Positions 1-10,298 of a stretch of DNA of 64,000 nt are shown here, piece after piece (the first letter of the stretch is position 1; every line of letters begins with the position of its first letter). The notes under the pieces were generated by a model. That model was given only the letters and a program-made list of their open reading frames with translations, made no database searches and was not told where the DNA came from. Made by a program: the position numbers and the translations under genes. Location of the stretch: the NCBI GenBank assembly GCA_032128875.1, contig JAVLKG010000005.1, forward strand, positions 160,001 to 224,000. The letters are read 5' to 3'. The DNA comes from Candidatus Melainabacteria bacterium 17Bon1m. Lineage in GTDB: Bacteria; Cyanobacteriota; Vampirovibrionia; Obscuribacterales; Obscuribacteraceae.

Positions 1-294
1 GGATAGCAACTGGAAGAGCACCACTGGTGGTGCTAATCCAAAGCTGATCGCATCGCACAGCGAGTCGAGGTTGGCGCCCAGATCGCTGGTGACTCCGATG
101 GTGCGCGCAACCCGTCCATCGAAGGCGTCAAAGACCATGGCCAGGAAAATCAAGCCAGCGCTGACGTTGAGCAGATAGGGTTGGCTGCTGCTCAGAATCG
201 CGCAGATGATTGCCGAGAAGCCACAGACGGCATTGCCCAGCGTGAACATGTTCGGAATACTGCGTTTGACCTTGGCGCGTTTTTGTCCAGGCAT
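1..294 (-). CDS. pssA: CDP-diacylglycerol--serine O-phosphatidyltransferase, 5' part (runs off window start)
   Basis: Manual translation from ATG at 294: MPGQKRAKVKRSIPNMFTLGNAVCGFSAI...FDAFDGRVARTIGVTSDLGANLDSLCDAISFGLAP. Contains the CDP-alcohol phosphatidyltransferase motif DGxxARxxxxxSxxGxxLDxxxD; AGGAG RBS upstream. Not in the ORF track. Confidence 0.88.
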   Translation of the reverse strand, partial: MPGQKRAKVKRSIPNMFTLGNAVCGFSAIICAILSSSQPYLLNVSAGLIFLAMVFDAFDGRVARTIGVTSDLGANLDSLCDAISFGLAPPVVLFQLLS

Positions 295-317
295 ATTGCA
301 TTCTCCTAGTAGCGAAC

Positions 318-349
318 GAGCGAAGGCAGGTGTTTCGCCTGCCTCCGCT
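318..349 (-). other. Intergenic stem-loop between DUF2339 gene and pssA
   Basis: Minus strand GCGGAGGCAGG-loop-CCTGCCTTCGC hairpin; no strong U tract. Confidence 0.5.
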
Positions 350-375
350 GTTCTGTTCATCCTATGCGGATGACG

Positions 376-3126
376 TTATTTGCCTTCCGGCTGCTTCTCG
401 GCAGCGTCCTTCTCTTCGGTCAGCTTCTTTTCGAAGCGGGCGAAGATGAAGGCGGCGCCGATAGAGACGATGCCGGCCACGATGAAGATGATCACGCGCA
501 CGTACTGCTCGGCACCGCGGAGATCCCACAGGACAACCTTGCCGAGCATTAGAGCAAACACTGCGTGTGCGCTGTAGCGGAACACCTTATCGTTGAGTTT
601 GACACCGATCGTGAGCAGCACGATCGCTTCGATGGACCAGGCGATGGCCATCCACTGCCAGGCGAGCAAGTTGTAGCACGCCAGGGTCGTGAGCACCGTT
701 CCGGCAACAGCTGAAACTTGTTTCACCACTTCGACCTCGCGGTCGCCGAGTGAAATCGCATCCAGAAGACCTTGCGGCCGCGCTGCGTTTGTCGCAGGCA
801 ACATGCGGTACACGAAGGTCAGGGCGTAGAGCCCTGCCACTACCGGCAGTGTAGCCGTCCACGTCCAGGCGTTCAAGCTGAAAAGAAGCGCTGCCCCTGC
901 ACCCATCACACCAAGCGAGCCGAGCTGCCGGATGACGCCGTCCTTGAGGAAGAACCCGGCTGCAACGACAAGCGCACTCTCCAGCGTCAGCCAAAGAGCC
1001 AGGTGGGAAGCGTTGCCGACGTGAAGCGCAGTGAGCGCCCACATGATACCAACCGCCGCCACGCTGTACGCGTGATGGAAATTGATATTCAACACCTGAC
1101 CTTCGGTGCTGCTCGTGCTGCGCCATTTGTAGAGCGCGCTGGCAGCAAAGAAGACGGCAGCGTTCGCGAGGGTGGCGAAAGTACCGAGAGCTGCCACCGA
1201 CTCGTGGTTGATGAGTAACGCCGCACCGCTTGATGCCAGCATGGCGCCGGCAATCAGCTCGCCGATGCGGTCACGGAAGACATAGGCGTGCGCGAGGAAT
1301 GCCGCGCCTGCCAGTGCCCACCAGAGACCTTGCATCGAAGCTGTTGCAAGCGTGAGCGGCATCCACCAGGCGACGACGGCTGCCGCACCCAGGTAGAAGT
1401 AACGCCCGACTTCCTTTTCAACCGGATGCTGCGCACCTTCGAACGCCTTGACGCGGTAAGCGATTTCACTCACCACAAAGGCGACGATGGCGGTCAGACC
1501 GCTGACGACCTGGAAAGTGAGACCGAGCATGTCGCCGGTGAAGAGCCGACCTGCCGACAGAATCGTCACAGCCACGGCGAAGCCGCGGAATTCGATCATG
1601 CGCAAGCGCAGACCGGCAATGACCAGAACCGGGACTTCCAGCAGCCAGACCGCCGTGACGGCATTCGGACTCAGCCAGAGCGGAACCGCTGCGGTGGCGG
1701 TGCTAAGCGCAATCAGCGTGGAGAGCGTGCCCGTGAAAGGCAAGTTCTTTCCGCGTGCCATGTAAGCGAAAGTGCCGTATGCGGCGCCGACGAAGAGCAA
1801 GAAGAGATAGCGGTATTCGGCGAATTCCGTGCCCATCGCCAGAAGGTTCAGAGCGATGAAAGCGCCGGCATTGAGCATCGACGCAGGCACCGTGAAGCGC
1901 CGCGTCGCGTCGTTCTCTTCCGGCTCACGCACCAAGAAGTGAACGAGGCTGTAGACCAGCCAGTGCGCAGCCAGGAACGCACCTGAGAGCAGAAGCCCTT
2001 GTACGCCGGTCACGCTGCCCGTGATTTGCGGCTGCGTGAAAAGCACGAACGTGACGTACGAACCAATCACGCTGCCCAGGTAGACCATGAACCAGCGCAT
2101 GCGCACGATTACGACCGCCAGTCCCACCGCCATCAATGCCGAAGCCACGACCGTGAAGGCGGTGACAGGCGACAGAGAGAGTGTGACGAATGCGAGTAGC
2201 GCGGAGAGCAGTGCGACTGTTTCCGAGCGCCGGTATAGCGAATGCAGCATGCAACCGGTCGCCATGGCGAGGAGCAGGCACGAGTCGAGGACTAGATTGT
2301 CGATTAGTTTCACCGCGGCGATGTTTTGCATCGCATAGATGGTGAAGTAACCGACAGCGTAGCCGCCCGCCACGAGCGCCAAGCCGAACGGCTTGAAGCT
2401 CATGCGCCGGTAAGCGTATTCGCCCGCGCCCACGAGTGCGGCTGCACCGGCGAACCAGGAGAGGATCTTGACCAGCGGACCGACATGCTCGTAAGCAAGC
2501 ATCAGTCCGTAGCCCAGACCGACCACCAGCAAGCAGACACCTGTCCAGAGGTACCAGTAGCGGCCGATGGATTGTTCGAGGTCGGATTTGACCCGGGGGC
2601 CTTTTGGTAGGGTGGTTGGAGTGCCACCATTCGTAGTTTCGCCTGCCTCGTTCGCATTTTCAGCTTTGCCGCTGAAGAGTTTGTGCAGCACGATCCCGGC
2701 GACGACTGCCAGTCCGGCACCCAGCAGGAACGATTCGCTGAGCCACCAGACGATCGCTGCGATCACAAAGGCAGGCCAGATTGGTGCACCCGGCTCTCCA
2801 TGCTTCCGTGCCTGCGGACGGTTTGCCTCTTGAGCCTGCCCGTTGCCGTTCGCGGACGGTGCTGCTGTCGGAGGCGGAGTGGCAGGGGGTTGAACTTCAT
2901 TCTGTGTGACCACGGGCGCGCCGCTGGTCGTTGGGGTAACGGGAGCCGGGGCTGCGGCGCCTGTTTCACCCGATTGAACTGCTTGCGATTGAGCGGCGGC
3001 TTGAGCCACTGCCGGACGACCGGCTTTCAGCTCTTCGACCGCCTGCTCTAGTGCCTTGAGGCGCTCATCGTAGCGCTTAAGGTAATCTGGGACTTCGTCA
3101 CTGACGCGAGGAGAAGAATCTTCCAC
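376..3126 (-). CDS. DUF2339-family polytopic membrane protein
   Basis: 916 aa: N-terminal coiled coil (ERLKALEQAVEELK), Pro/Ala linker, LEQSIGRYWYLWTGV motif, more than 20 TM helices, C-terminal GKVVLWDL..RVIIFIVAG. GTG start with GGAGG RBS. Confidence 0.8.
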   Translation of the reverse strand: MEDSSPRVSDEVPDYLKRYDERLKALEQAVEELKAGRPAVAQAAAQSQAVQSGETGAAAPAPVTPTTSGAPVVTQNEVQPPATPPPTAAPSANGNGQAQEANRPQARKHGEPGAPIWPAFVIAAIVWWLSESFLLGAGLAVVAGIVLHKLFSGKAENANEAGETTNGGTPTTLPKGPRVKSDLEQSIGRYWYLWTGVCLLVVGLGYGLMLAYEHVGPLVKILSWFAGAAALVGAGEYAYRRMSFKPFGLALVAGGYAVGYFTIYAMQNIAAVKLIDNLVLDSCLLLAMATGCMLHSLYRRSETVALLSALLAFVTLSLSPVTAFTVVASALMAVGLAVVIVRMRWFMVYLGSVIGSYVTFVLFTQPQITGSVTGVQGLLLSGAFLAAHWLVYSLVHFLVREPEENDATRRFTVPASMLNAGAFIALNLLAMGTEFAEYRYLFLLFVGAAYGTFAYMARGKNLPFTGTLSTLIALSTATAAVPLWLSPNAVTAVWLLEVPVLVIAGLRLRMIEFRGFAVAVTILSAGRLFTGDMLGLTFQVVSGLTAIVAFVVSEIAYRVKAFEGAQHPVEKEVGRYFYLGAAAVVAWWMPLTLATASMQGLWWALAGAAFLAHAYVFRDRIGELIAGAMLASSGAALLINHESVAALGTFATLANAAVFFAASALYKWRSTSSTEGQVLNINFHHAYSVAAVGIMWALTALHVGNASHLALWLTLESALVVAAGFFLKDGVIRQLGSLGVMGAGAALLFSLNAWTWTATLPVVAGLYALTFVYRMLPATNAARPQGLLDAISLGDREVEVVKQVSAVAGTVLTTLACYNLLAWQWMAIAWSIEAIVLLTIGVKLNDKVFRYSAHAVFALMLGKVVLWDLRGAEQYVRVIIFIVAGIVSIGAAFIFARFEKKLTEEKDAAEKQPEGK

Positions 3127-3682
3127 GGTCTGACCTCCAAATAGGGACTTATTGAGATTGCCGTTTAAACTCGCAACGGCGCGAAACTTCCAGACCGGAC
3201 TTATACGGCGAGGAAACGATCCTCGATGCCGGTGTTCTCAGAGGCGTGCGTAAACGCGCGTGAGATTTGGTTTTGGGTTTTCCTCTGGGAAGTTAGAACG
3301 AACAGGTAACGGAACTTTGATGTTCCGAGATACGCCCTGGCAATAGCAGCGCTTGTAACGAGCGCCTTGATGAAACAGTTAGAGGACTTCCTCAGCCTTT
3401 CCTTTCAGATTCTTTTTGGACTGAACGGCTGAAATATGCTTGTCGGCGAAGGTTCTGCGGATTATTTTGGGGTACCAAAGCCGCATTTTGCCAAGAGGTC
3501 CGGTAAACCACCTACTTACGGAAATCTCAGTCACAGAGAGTTGTGCGAGGTTCGCATACCTCGCGCAAAAGTGGTCGCACGACGCAGAAAGACGATTTAG
3601 CCATTCGGAACGTCGCTCTAACAGCAGGTGAAACAACATCGGCTCGCTTGTGAGCACTGTTTCAAAAACTGTAAGAGCTGTT

Positions 3683-6349
3683 TCAGAAACTGCTTTCTAC
3701 CTTCTCTTTGTATTTGAGCGCTTCTTCGCGTTTTCCTAAACGCTCAGCACATTCAGCCAACCGTGAGTATAAATATTTTTCTGTCTGCGGCTGAATTCCT
3801 ACTATTACTCCGATTGCCACGGAATTTGCCTTGTTCAGAGCCTCTTCGGATTTCTTCAAGACTTCATAGGCTTTGTCAAATTGCGAGCGGCGCATGAGAA
3901 TTTCACCCATGTTATTAAGCATGCTCACTTTCGAGTAGTTGTCGACGCTGCGCATCGCGCTGGTTACTTGAATTGCTTTTGCATAGCTCTTTTCCGCATC
4001 GACAAGTCTTCGATTATTCGCCTGGAAGTCGCCCAGCGTTATTGCCATGGTACCGGCGAAAGCGTTGTGCTCAGTACGTTCCCAAATTGCAATCGCGCGC
4101 CTGGCAAGATTCTTTATCACTTTTGCATTGGCATCTGTGTATGGAATCTGCATCAAAAGCCGAGCTTTCCAGTAGAGTGCTACCGTCAAGTCTTTGTCTC
4201 TTTTCGGCATTACTCTTTCTTGTTGATCGAGCTGTTTGTTGAGAATTTCAAGCGCCGGTTCAATTTGACCGTTCTCCAGCAAAATTTCCGCATGCGTAAG
4301 CGCGCAGCGCAACGTATTGGAAGGATTTTTCTCTCCAAACTCAAAAGCCTGCTCTGCTCTTGCCAGCGAGCTTGCAGCCTCAGAAGCCCTCTGAATTCGT
4401 ATCTGCGACTCAGCCAGACGCAAGAAAGCTTCGCCTGCTCCAATACCTGAGAGGGCATTTTCATAGCGATATATTTCCAGTGCTTTATTGATCAAAGGAA
4501 TTCCGGATTCCGGATGAGAAGCGACCAAGTAGGCGTATCCCAAGTCCGATAGAAAGCGTGCTTTCGCCAAGGGAGGAATTCCTTCTTCGTTAAGCATGCT
4601 GTAGCACTTGGTCATGTAAATAAATGACTTTTGTGGATCCGTATCGATGTACATCGCCACCAGATTGAGAAGCGTACGCGGTATGACCGGGTCGTTGTCC
4701 GGCAGGAAATCTGTTGTCTTGTCATAAACCGCTTGCAACAAGTCGCTTGCTTCTAAGAGGTGACCTTCGAAAATCAGAATGTCTACAGCATCATTAGCGC
4801 TGTTCAAAATAAACGCTGCTTGCCGTTTGGCGTTTTCCTCTTGTGCGGGATCTTTCGAGTGTTGAAGCAGTTTCACTGATTGCAGAAGCTCGGCAATCGT
4901 GACTGCTAGTTTGCCTCTCTTTGTGTCCTTTTCCAGATCTCGAATTTTGTCTTTGAGCAGTTTTTTCTCTTCTGCGTTCTCGGTGGCGAAGGCAATATCC
5001 AACTTGCCGATGAGTTCTTCACGCTCTCTGACTTCCTTCTGAGTCACCGGCATAATGGACGCAAAATTCAATGCTTCGTCGTAGAATTTCTTTGCTGTTT
5101 CTAAATCTCCGTCATCGAATGCGTGTTGCGCTTTCAAATCAAGTTCTGACCAGTATCGGTCTGTGTGATCAGTAATCAGCTGCGGTCGAAGCGTAAGCGC
5201 TCCCATTGCAATCAAAATAACTGCAACTGAAATTGTGGCAGCGCGAGTATATCTGCCAAAACGTTTTGTATAACCGGCTTTCAGCCGTCGACCAAGTGCA
5301 AGGGTGTTTACGAGAATACCGCTGCGCAAATTCTTTTCCAGTCCGTCGAACTCTTGTTCGAGCCGGTCTGCGTCCTGATAGCGGTCGACTGGATGTTTTG
5401 CTAAACATTTGAAAACCACCTTCTCTATGTCGGCGGCGTTTCGAACGTTTTTCAAACTCGCTGAAAATGGCTTTGCTTGCTCCTCTAGGTGCATGCGAAA
5501 CGTATCGATCATCGATGCACCATCAAAAGGAACATGTCCGTTTAAGCACTCATACATTACGCACCCGAGCGAATATATGTCAGAGCGAGCATCAACTCTT
5601 TCGCCTCGGCACTGCTCAGGGCTCATATAATAGGGGCTTCCGAAGATCGTCCCCGTTAAAGTAAGCCCTTTGCCCGCTTCTTCGTCAGGGCGTGCAAGTC
5701 CGAAATCGACAACTTTGGCGCTGCTTTCGCCCCGCTCGTTTTGCACGATTACGATATTGCTTGATTTGATATCCCGATGAACGATTCCATGTTTATGCGC
5801 ATAAGAAAGGGCTTGTACGACTTGTTTCATCCAAGCAAGAAACTCGTCCAGGCTGAGAGGCCCTTTCTCTTTAAGTATTTCTGCCAGCGATTTTCCCTGA
5901 AGATATTCCATGACGAGAAACGGTTCTTCGTCCTCGGTGGTATTGAATTCGAATATTCGAACAATATTCGGATGGTCGAGAGCGCCGACAGCACGTCCTT
6001 CTCGCTCGAAGCGCAGTCGTTCTTCATCTGAATAATGCGCACCGGAGAGCAGCAGTTTGACTGCTACTTTCCTGTTGAGTGAGATATCGGTTGCGAGGTA
6101 GACAGCGCTTGAGCCCCCGCTTCCGATCCGCGATTCTAGTCGGTAATGACCACCAATTGTGGTGCCCAGCGCGCGACCATGCTGTTTTTCTTTTTTGTTT
6201 GATTGCGGGTTTTCATCAGCGTTTTTCAGAATAATCGTCGTGTCTTCGCTCAAGTGACCCGGAGGATCAGATTCGAAAACTGGTTCACTGGATTTTGATT
6301 TGTCGGACTTTTCGTCAGTCATACGACTCGCCGCCTGCCCCAAAACCAT
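3683..6349 (-). CDS. Hanks-type Ser/Thr protein kinase with TM helix and C-terminal TPR repeats
   Basis: IGSGGSSAVY, VAVK, HRDIKSSN, DFGLA and GSPYYMSPEQ motifs, then a hydrophobic segment and TPR-like helical repeats. Confidence 0.93.
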   Translation of the reverse strand: MVLGQAASRMTDEKSDKSKSSEPVFESDPPGHLSEDTTIILKNADENPQSNKKEKQHGRALGTTIGGHYRLESRIGSGGSSAVYLATDISLNRKVAVKLLLSGAHYSDEERLRFEREGRAVGALDHPNIVRIFEFNTTEDEEPFLVMEYLQGKSLAEILKEKGPLSLDEFLAWMKQVVQALSYAHKHGIVHRDIKSSNIVIVQNERGESSAKVVDFGLARPDEEAGKGLTLTGTIFGSPYYMSPEQCRGERVDARSDIYSLGCVMYECLNGHVPFDGASMIDTFRMHLEEQAKPFSASLKNVRNAADIEKVVFKCLAKHPVDRYQDADRLEQEFDGLEKNLRSGILVNTLALGRRLKAGYTKRFGRYTRAATISVAVILIAMGALTLRPQLITDHTDRYWSELDLKAQHAFDDGDLETAKKFYDEALNFASIMPVTQKEVREREELIGKLDIAFATENAEEKKLLKDKIRDLEKDTKRGKLAVTIAELLQSVKLLQHSKDPAQEENAKRQAAFILNSANDAVDILIFEGHLLEASDLLQAVYDKTTDFLPDNDPVIPRTLLNLVAMYIDTDPQKSFIYMTKCYSMLNEEGIPPLAKARFLSDLGYAYLVASHPESGIPLINKALEIYRYENALSGIGAGEAFLRLAESQIRIQRASEAASSLARAEQAFEFGEKNPSNTLRCALTHAEILLENGQIEPALEILNKQLDQQERVMPKRDKDLTVALYWKARLLMQIPYTDANAKVIKNLARRAIAIWERTEHNAFAGTMAITLGDFQANNRRLVDAEKSYAKAIQVTSAMRSVDNYSKVSMLNNMGEILMRRSQFDKAYEVLKKSEEALNKANSVAIGVIVGIQPQTEKYLYSRLAECAERLGKREEALKYKEKVESSF

Positions 6350-6457
6350 CTTAGACCATTGAAAACGCTTTCTCTAGCCGTTCGCGATAAAACTATGGCA
6401 TATAGTGTAGCGCGTGGGAAAATTTGGAAACCGAGAGGTAGATTGTTGGAGAACAAT

Positions 6458-6511
6458 TGAGGCTGGCGCGTAGAGCAAGTTTGCACCTACTCTCACGCGC
6501 CAACGTCTCAA
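6458..6511 (-). repeat. 54-nt conserved hairpin element, copy 1
   Basis: TGAGGCTGGCGCG-N25-CGCGCCAACGTCTCAA; flanks identical to the copy at 7066-7119; GCAA tetraloop on the minus strand. Confidence 0.8.
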
Positions 6512-6551
6512 TGCGGAAGACTCGATTCAGAAGTCTGGTTCCGGAATCGAC

Positions 6552-6992
6552 TTAATTGCAGGTTCGAGTGACCTTCTGCATAGACCCGCCTGATTCGAGG
6601 TTTTCCATCAGATACTTGAACGCCTCCGGCGTCGAAGGCATGTAGTTCGGCAGTCGCTTGATGATGCCGCACTGCGGAGTAAGAACAAGCGCAAAAGGCA
6701 GAAGCTCTTTCGGAATGCCCCAATCACCAGCAGTGGCGGTTGCGATATTGACATTCGGGTAATCGGCTTGAGCATACAAGAGCTGCTGAATCATGCGTCC
6801 GCATGACGAGCAGCCATTCTGATCAAGAACGAAGACGACCGTTGTTTTGCCTTCTTTGACGACGGATTTTTGAAATTCCGGCGGCGCCTCACTTTCCCAT
6901 TTGGAGAATTCTTCGATCTGGGTTGCGCCAGCGTGCATGGTGGAAAGACCGAGCATGCAGAAGGAGAGCAGAATTGCGATTTTGCTTTTCAC
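6552..6992 (-). CDS. Exported thioredoxin-fold protein (CxxC)
   Basis: Signal peptide ending AGA; VVFVLDQNGCSSCGRM active-site-like motif; LLPFALV cis-Pro-like region. Confidence 0.65.
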   Translation of the reverse strand: MKSKIAILLSFCMLGLSTMHAGATQIEEFSKWESEAPPEFQKSVVKEGKTTVVFVLDQNGCSSCGRMIQQLLYAQADYPNVNIATATAGDWGIPKELLPFALVLTPQCGIIKRLPNYMPSTPEAFKYLMENLESGGSMQKVTRTCN

Positions 6993-7065
6993 GAATTTTT
7001 CCTTTGGGCATTAGCCCTGTAAGAGTATTTCGACATCTTCGCGCAATGCACAAACTCCCTTCAGC

Positions 7066-7119
7066 TGAGGCTGGCGCGCAGGGCGGATCCAAATCCACCA
7101 TTGCGCGCCAACGTCTCAA
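7066..7119 (-). repeat. 54-nt conserved hairpin element, copy 2
   Basis: Same 13-nt and 16-nt flanks and the same 25-nt core length as copy 1, with a different but still base-paired core. Confidence 0.8.
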
Positions 7120-7199
7120 CATTCAGAAGCGATAGATACCTACCGTCTAGGCGATAGGTTCAGGTAAGTTCAGTTCCGTTCCGTTCGGTTCAACTCAGC

Positions 7200-7706
7200 T
7201 CAGCTCAGCCGAGCCAGCGTTGTCGCGATTTCTTTGACCGCGTTTTCTTTCCACGCGATCATCATCTGGTCGCATCCGACGTCGGCGGCTTTGAGCTTGG
7301 CCAGACCTTCGGCCATGACTTCCAGCCCCTTCTTGTTGCCTGACTCGGCGAGGCACTCGCCGAAATTGGCTTGCGCCAGGGCGACCTGGTGGCTGTCGGC
7401 GGCGTGATGCGCGCGTGCGACTGCGTATGCCGTGCGGCAGTGACGCAGAGCGGCTTTCGTCTGCCCCCGCTTCTGCGCGATGACGGAGCGCGCGAAGTAG
7501 TATTGGGTGGGCACGCGGTTTTCCAGTCCGCTCATATCGTAGAGCTTACTGGCGGCCGCCAGGTGAACTTCCGCCGCATCCAGGCGGTTACTGTTGACCC
7601 ACATAATGGCCAGATTGACCTTTATGTCGGCTTGAGAAGCGAAAAGCTCCTCGTCGGTAGGCTGGTGGTGGCAGTTGCAGCCTTCGTGATGCTCCTTTTG
7701 GGACAT
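7200..7706 (-). CDS. TPR-like helical protein with His/Cys-rich N-terminus
   Basis: Start MSQKEHHEGCNCHHQ after an AAGGAG RBS; TPR-like helices (VALAQANFGECLAESG). Confidence 0.6.
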   Translation of the reverse strand: MSQKEHHEGCNCHHQPTDEELFASQADIKVNLAIMWVNSNRLDAAEVHLAAASKLYDMSGLENRVPTQYYFARSVIAQKRGQTKAALRHCRTAYAVARAHHAADSHQVALAQANFGECLAESGNKKGLEVMAEGLAKLKAADVGCDQMMIAWKENAVKEIATTLARLS

Positions 7707-7820
7707 CGTGACGCTCCTTGCGTCTGCAATACCGTGCAGATTTCGGTGGACTGCACCATGCAATCCCTGTGGTTCCGCTGGTCTTGCGCCGGTTTTTCCC
7801 AGCGCAAGACGCCTGACCGA

Positions 7821-8168
7821 TTACTGGATGAAGTGGATGATCATCCCGTAGCGGTGCGGAACACTCGGATTGTTCGCCACTTTGATCATGGCGATGATCG
7901 GAGCGACTATGCTCCAGATCCCCACGATGAAGAGCGTGACGAATCCGATGGCCACGAAGCACAGCGGAATCGAGATCAGCGCGTAGAGAATCATCGTCAA
8001 CTGGAAGTTGAGCGATTCACGAGCGTTTTGCTTGACCGTGTCATTGTCGGCAATCGCCAGAATGGCAATCGGACCGACGATCGAAACGACAAGCGAGGTC
8101 AGCAAAGCGCAGGCATGCGCTAATACTGAGAGAAGCGAGCTTTCGCCCGAAGTAGAAGTTTGAGGCAT
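7821..8168 (-). CDS. DUF4870-family membrane protein
   Basis: LAH...GPI...VKQNARESLNFQLT...IIAMIKV...RYGMII pattern with three TM helices. Confidence 0.85.
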   Translation of the reverse strand: MPQTSTSGESSLLSVLAHACALLTSLVVSIVGPIAILAIADNDTVKQNARESLNFQLTMILYALISIPLCFVAIGFVTLFIVGIWSIVAPIIAMIKVANNPSVPHRYGMIIHFIQ

Positions 8169-8309
8169 GTGAGTGTCCTCTGGTTTGATGTTACAGATGA
8201 ACTTCGAACTGTCGCAGGGCGGCGCAAGACACACCGCCCCGCGTCAGGGTTTGAATCGCAGTGCGACAGTCAGGCAGAGCATTGAGATCTCTGCCTGGAC
8301 CTTCGCGAA

Positions 8310-8909
8310 TCAGCGATTCATGAAGAACGCGTCGAACTTCTCGCTGCGGGCGAATCCGCGCTTGAGAAGCTCCTCGCGCATGTCCTCGGGGTTTCCTGCG
8401 AAGGAAAAACTGCAGGACGAGCTTTCGCCGCAATCGTCGGGCAGATGATCGCCGAGAAGGTGCGAGACTTCCTGGTCGTATTGGCAGCCGACGCGGTCGA
8501 AATACGCAACAGGCGTCAGGACGAACCAATGCGGGTAATCCGGCGAATATTCGTCTTTGTCGTCAGACACGAAGAAATAGAAGTCCGCCGGCTCGAAAAG
8601 ATTTTGGTGCTTCTCGTAGAAGGCGTATGCCTCGTTGCTCATCAGGTTGTCGGCGAGTTCCTGGTCGGACTCCGACTCGTCGCTCAGGTCGAAGACTCCG
8701 AGCCCCTTGATCGTCGTCTTGACGATGGCGCCGTTCTCTTCGACAACGATTGCCTTCAGCGGCAACGTGCGGTGGTAGAAGAGGCGAACGATCGGCTCGC
8801 CCTTCTTGCCCTTCTTCGAAACGCGCTTGAAGTCTTCCGCGCCTTCGCCGAAATCGGCTGGCCAGGCGGCGACAATTGCGCGCTTGCAGTCCTCTGTTGA
8901 GATGGACAT
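8310..8909 (-). CDS. Hypothetical protein
   Basis: 199-aa ORF, high GC3, co-oriented with neighbours. Confidence 0.7.
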   Translation of the reverse strand: MSISTEDCKRAIVAAWPADFGEGAEDFKRVSKKGKKGEPIVRLFYHRTLPLKAIVVEENGAIVKTTIKGLGVFDLSDESESDQELADNLMSNEAYAFYEKHQNLFEPADFYFFVSDDKDEYSPDYPHWFVLTPVAYFDRVGCQYDQEVSHLLGDHLPDDCGESSSCSFSFAGNPEDMREELLKRGFARSEKFDAFFMNR

Positions 8910-8960
8910 GCGTTTTTCTTTCTGCTCTAAGCTTTGTACTGAAGCTGTGGGCGGTCTGCG

Positions 8961-9548
8961 CTAAGCCGACCAGCCACAATTCCAGAAGGCGACGATGCCC
9001 TTGCGTGAGAGCAAGGCGATCACTTCGTCGCGGGTTGCTTCATGGACTGCGCAACGCTGACTGGGGAATGCCTCGTAGTCTTCGATGACATTCTTTGTCT
9101 GATGGTTGCGGCAGCGTGGCGGAACGTAGTTGATGGCAATGCCCGCACCGGAGGTGAAGGAGCCACCATCTTCGCCTATGAAGGCGACATAGTCGCTGCA
9201 CAGGCGATTCCAAAGTTCTTTCGCTTCCCTGAGAGAGGCTTGGAACTCGACTGCGGCGATGTCCTTATCTTTGTAGGACGGACGGTCACCGTACTTCGCG
9301 TTCATGTGCGGAAAGACAACCACCCGCACCGAGACAGATTCAAACGTAGGCTTCACCGCCTTGGCGGCAGCCTCGTCTTCTGCGAAAACGATCAGTTCGC
9401 GCAAACCCACACGCACGTCGTACTTCTGCTTGTATGCCCACGGCGTTTCGCCCGGGCAAAGCTTCTTGTAGAGCGCGTTGCGTTTGGCGTTCAATTCATC
9501 GAACTCCTTTTGAGTGCCCGGTTTGATAGTAGTTTGCGTAGTCGACAT
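8961..9548 (-). CDS. Hypothetical protein
   Basis: Start MSTTQTT after a GGAGAC RBS; co-oriented cluster. Confidence 0.7.
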   Translation of the reverse strand: MSTTQTTIKPGTQKEFDELNAKRNALYKKLCPGETPWAYKQKYDVRVGLRELIVFAEDEAAAKAVKPTFESVSVRVVVFPHMNAKYGDRPSYKDKDIAAVEFQASLREAKELWNRLCSDYVAFIGEDGGSFTSGAGIAINYVPPRCRNHQTKNVIEDYEAFPSQRCAVHEATRDEVIALLSRKGIVAFWNCGWSA

Positions 9549-9573
9549 GCTCGTCTCCATGAATTGCGCAGGC

Positions 9574-10188
9574 TTACTTGCGCCAGCCTGCGTACTTTTC
9601 GCCCATCTTCGCGGCGTACCGCTCGATGTCGCCGCGGTTGATCACAGACACCGTCACCGTGCTGCCGTATTGGCTGCCGGTGTGATAGGAGCCGACGTCG
9701 TGTCCAATCGCGTGGATGTTCTTGCGCATGAACTGCAGCAGCGCCTGCGGCTCGGAGCCGGCGAACGACTTCTGCATCAGCGCGCGATCGAGGTCTTTCA
9801 TCGAGATGATCTGGTCATCGTCGTAGTCGATCTCGTCGAAGTTCTTCAGCGCAAACGGGACCACGCGCGAGACGTTGTCCATGTGCTCGAAAGCACGCCC
9901 GGGCGCCGAGTAGGCGGTGAGGAATGCGGACGCCCCGAGAGCCACTGAGAAGACGCCGGCGATGCCGAGCCAGCCCATCCACATCGGGAGCGCGGTGTAG
10001 ATCGCCCAGCCAGAGATCAACCCGGGAGCAGCGAGAACTGCCAGAGCGATGACACCAGCGATGGTGACCTGTCGTGTCAGAGCGAAACGACCCTGATGTT
10101 CGAACGTCGAGACGAGCCCGATTCCGATGAGCGTGCCAAATCCCACGGCAACCGCTGCGAGAAACAATGAGTAGCCGATTTCCATCAT
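9574..10188 (-). CDS. 3-TM membrane protein with C-terminal EF-hand-like domain (paralogue A)
   Basis: Three hydrophobic helices, then FDEIDYDDDQIISMKDL; clearly homologous to 10299-10916. Confidence 0.75.
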   Translation of the reverse strand: MMEIGYSLFLAAVAVGFGTLIGIGLVSTFEHQGRFALTRQVTIAGVIALAVLAAPGLISGWAIYTALPMWMGWLGIAGVFSVALGASAFLTAYSAPGRAFEHMDNVSRVVPFALKNFDEIDYDDDQIISMKDLDRALMQKSFAGSEPQALLQFMRKNIHAIGHDVGSYHTGSQYGSTVTVSVINRGDIERYAAKMGEKYAGWRK

Positions 10189-10298
10189 GCTCTCCTGGTT
10201 CGTGTTTCGTTTGCTTTGCGGTCTGCAAAACAATGTCTGCAGAACAATGAAGGTTGGCGCCTCGCTATGAAGCGGGGCGCCGTTGTTGTCGAGACGTC

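Noticed and set aside
3127-3682. Hairpin-rich leader of the DUF2339 gene as a known riboswitch (also 23450-24330 and 57991-58828)
   Set aside because: No recognisable consensus for TPP, cobalamin, SAM, c-di-GMP, c-di-AMP or T-box elements; an Rfam scan is needed to decide.
7158-7210. Degenerate pentamer run (GTTCA/GTTCC/GCTCA)
   Set aside because: Short low-complexity tract with no spacers; not CRISPR.
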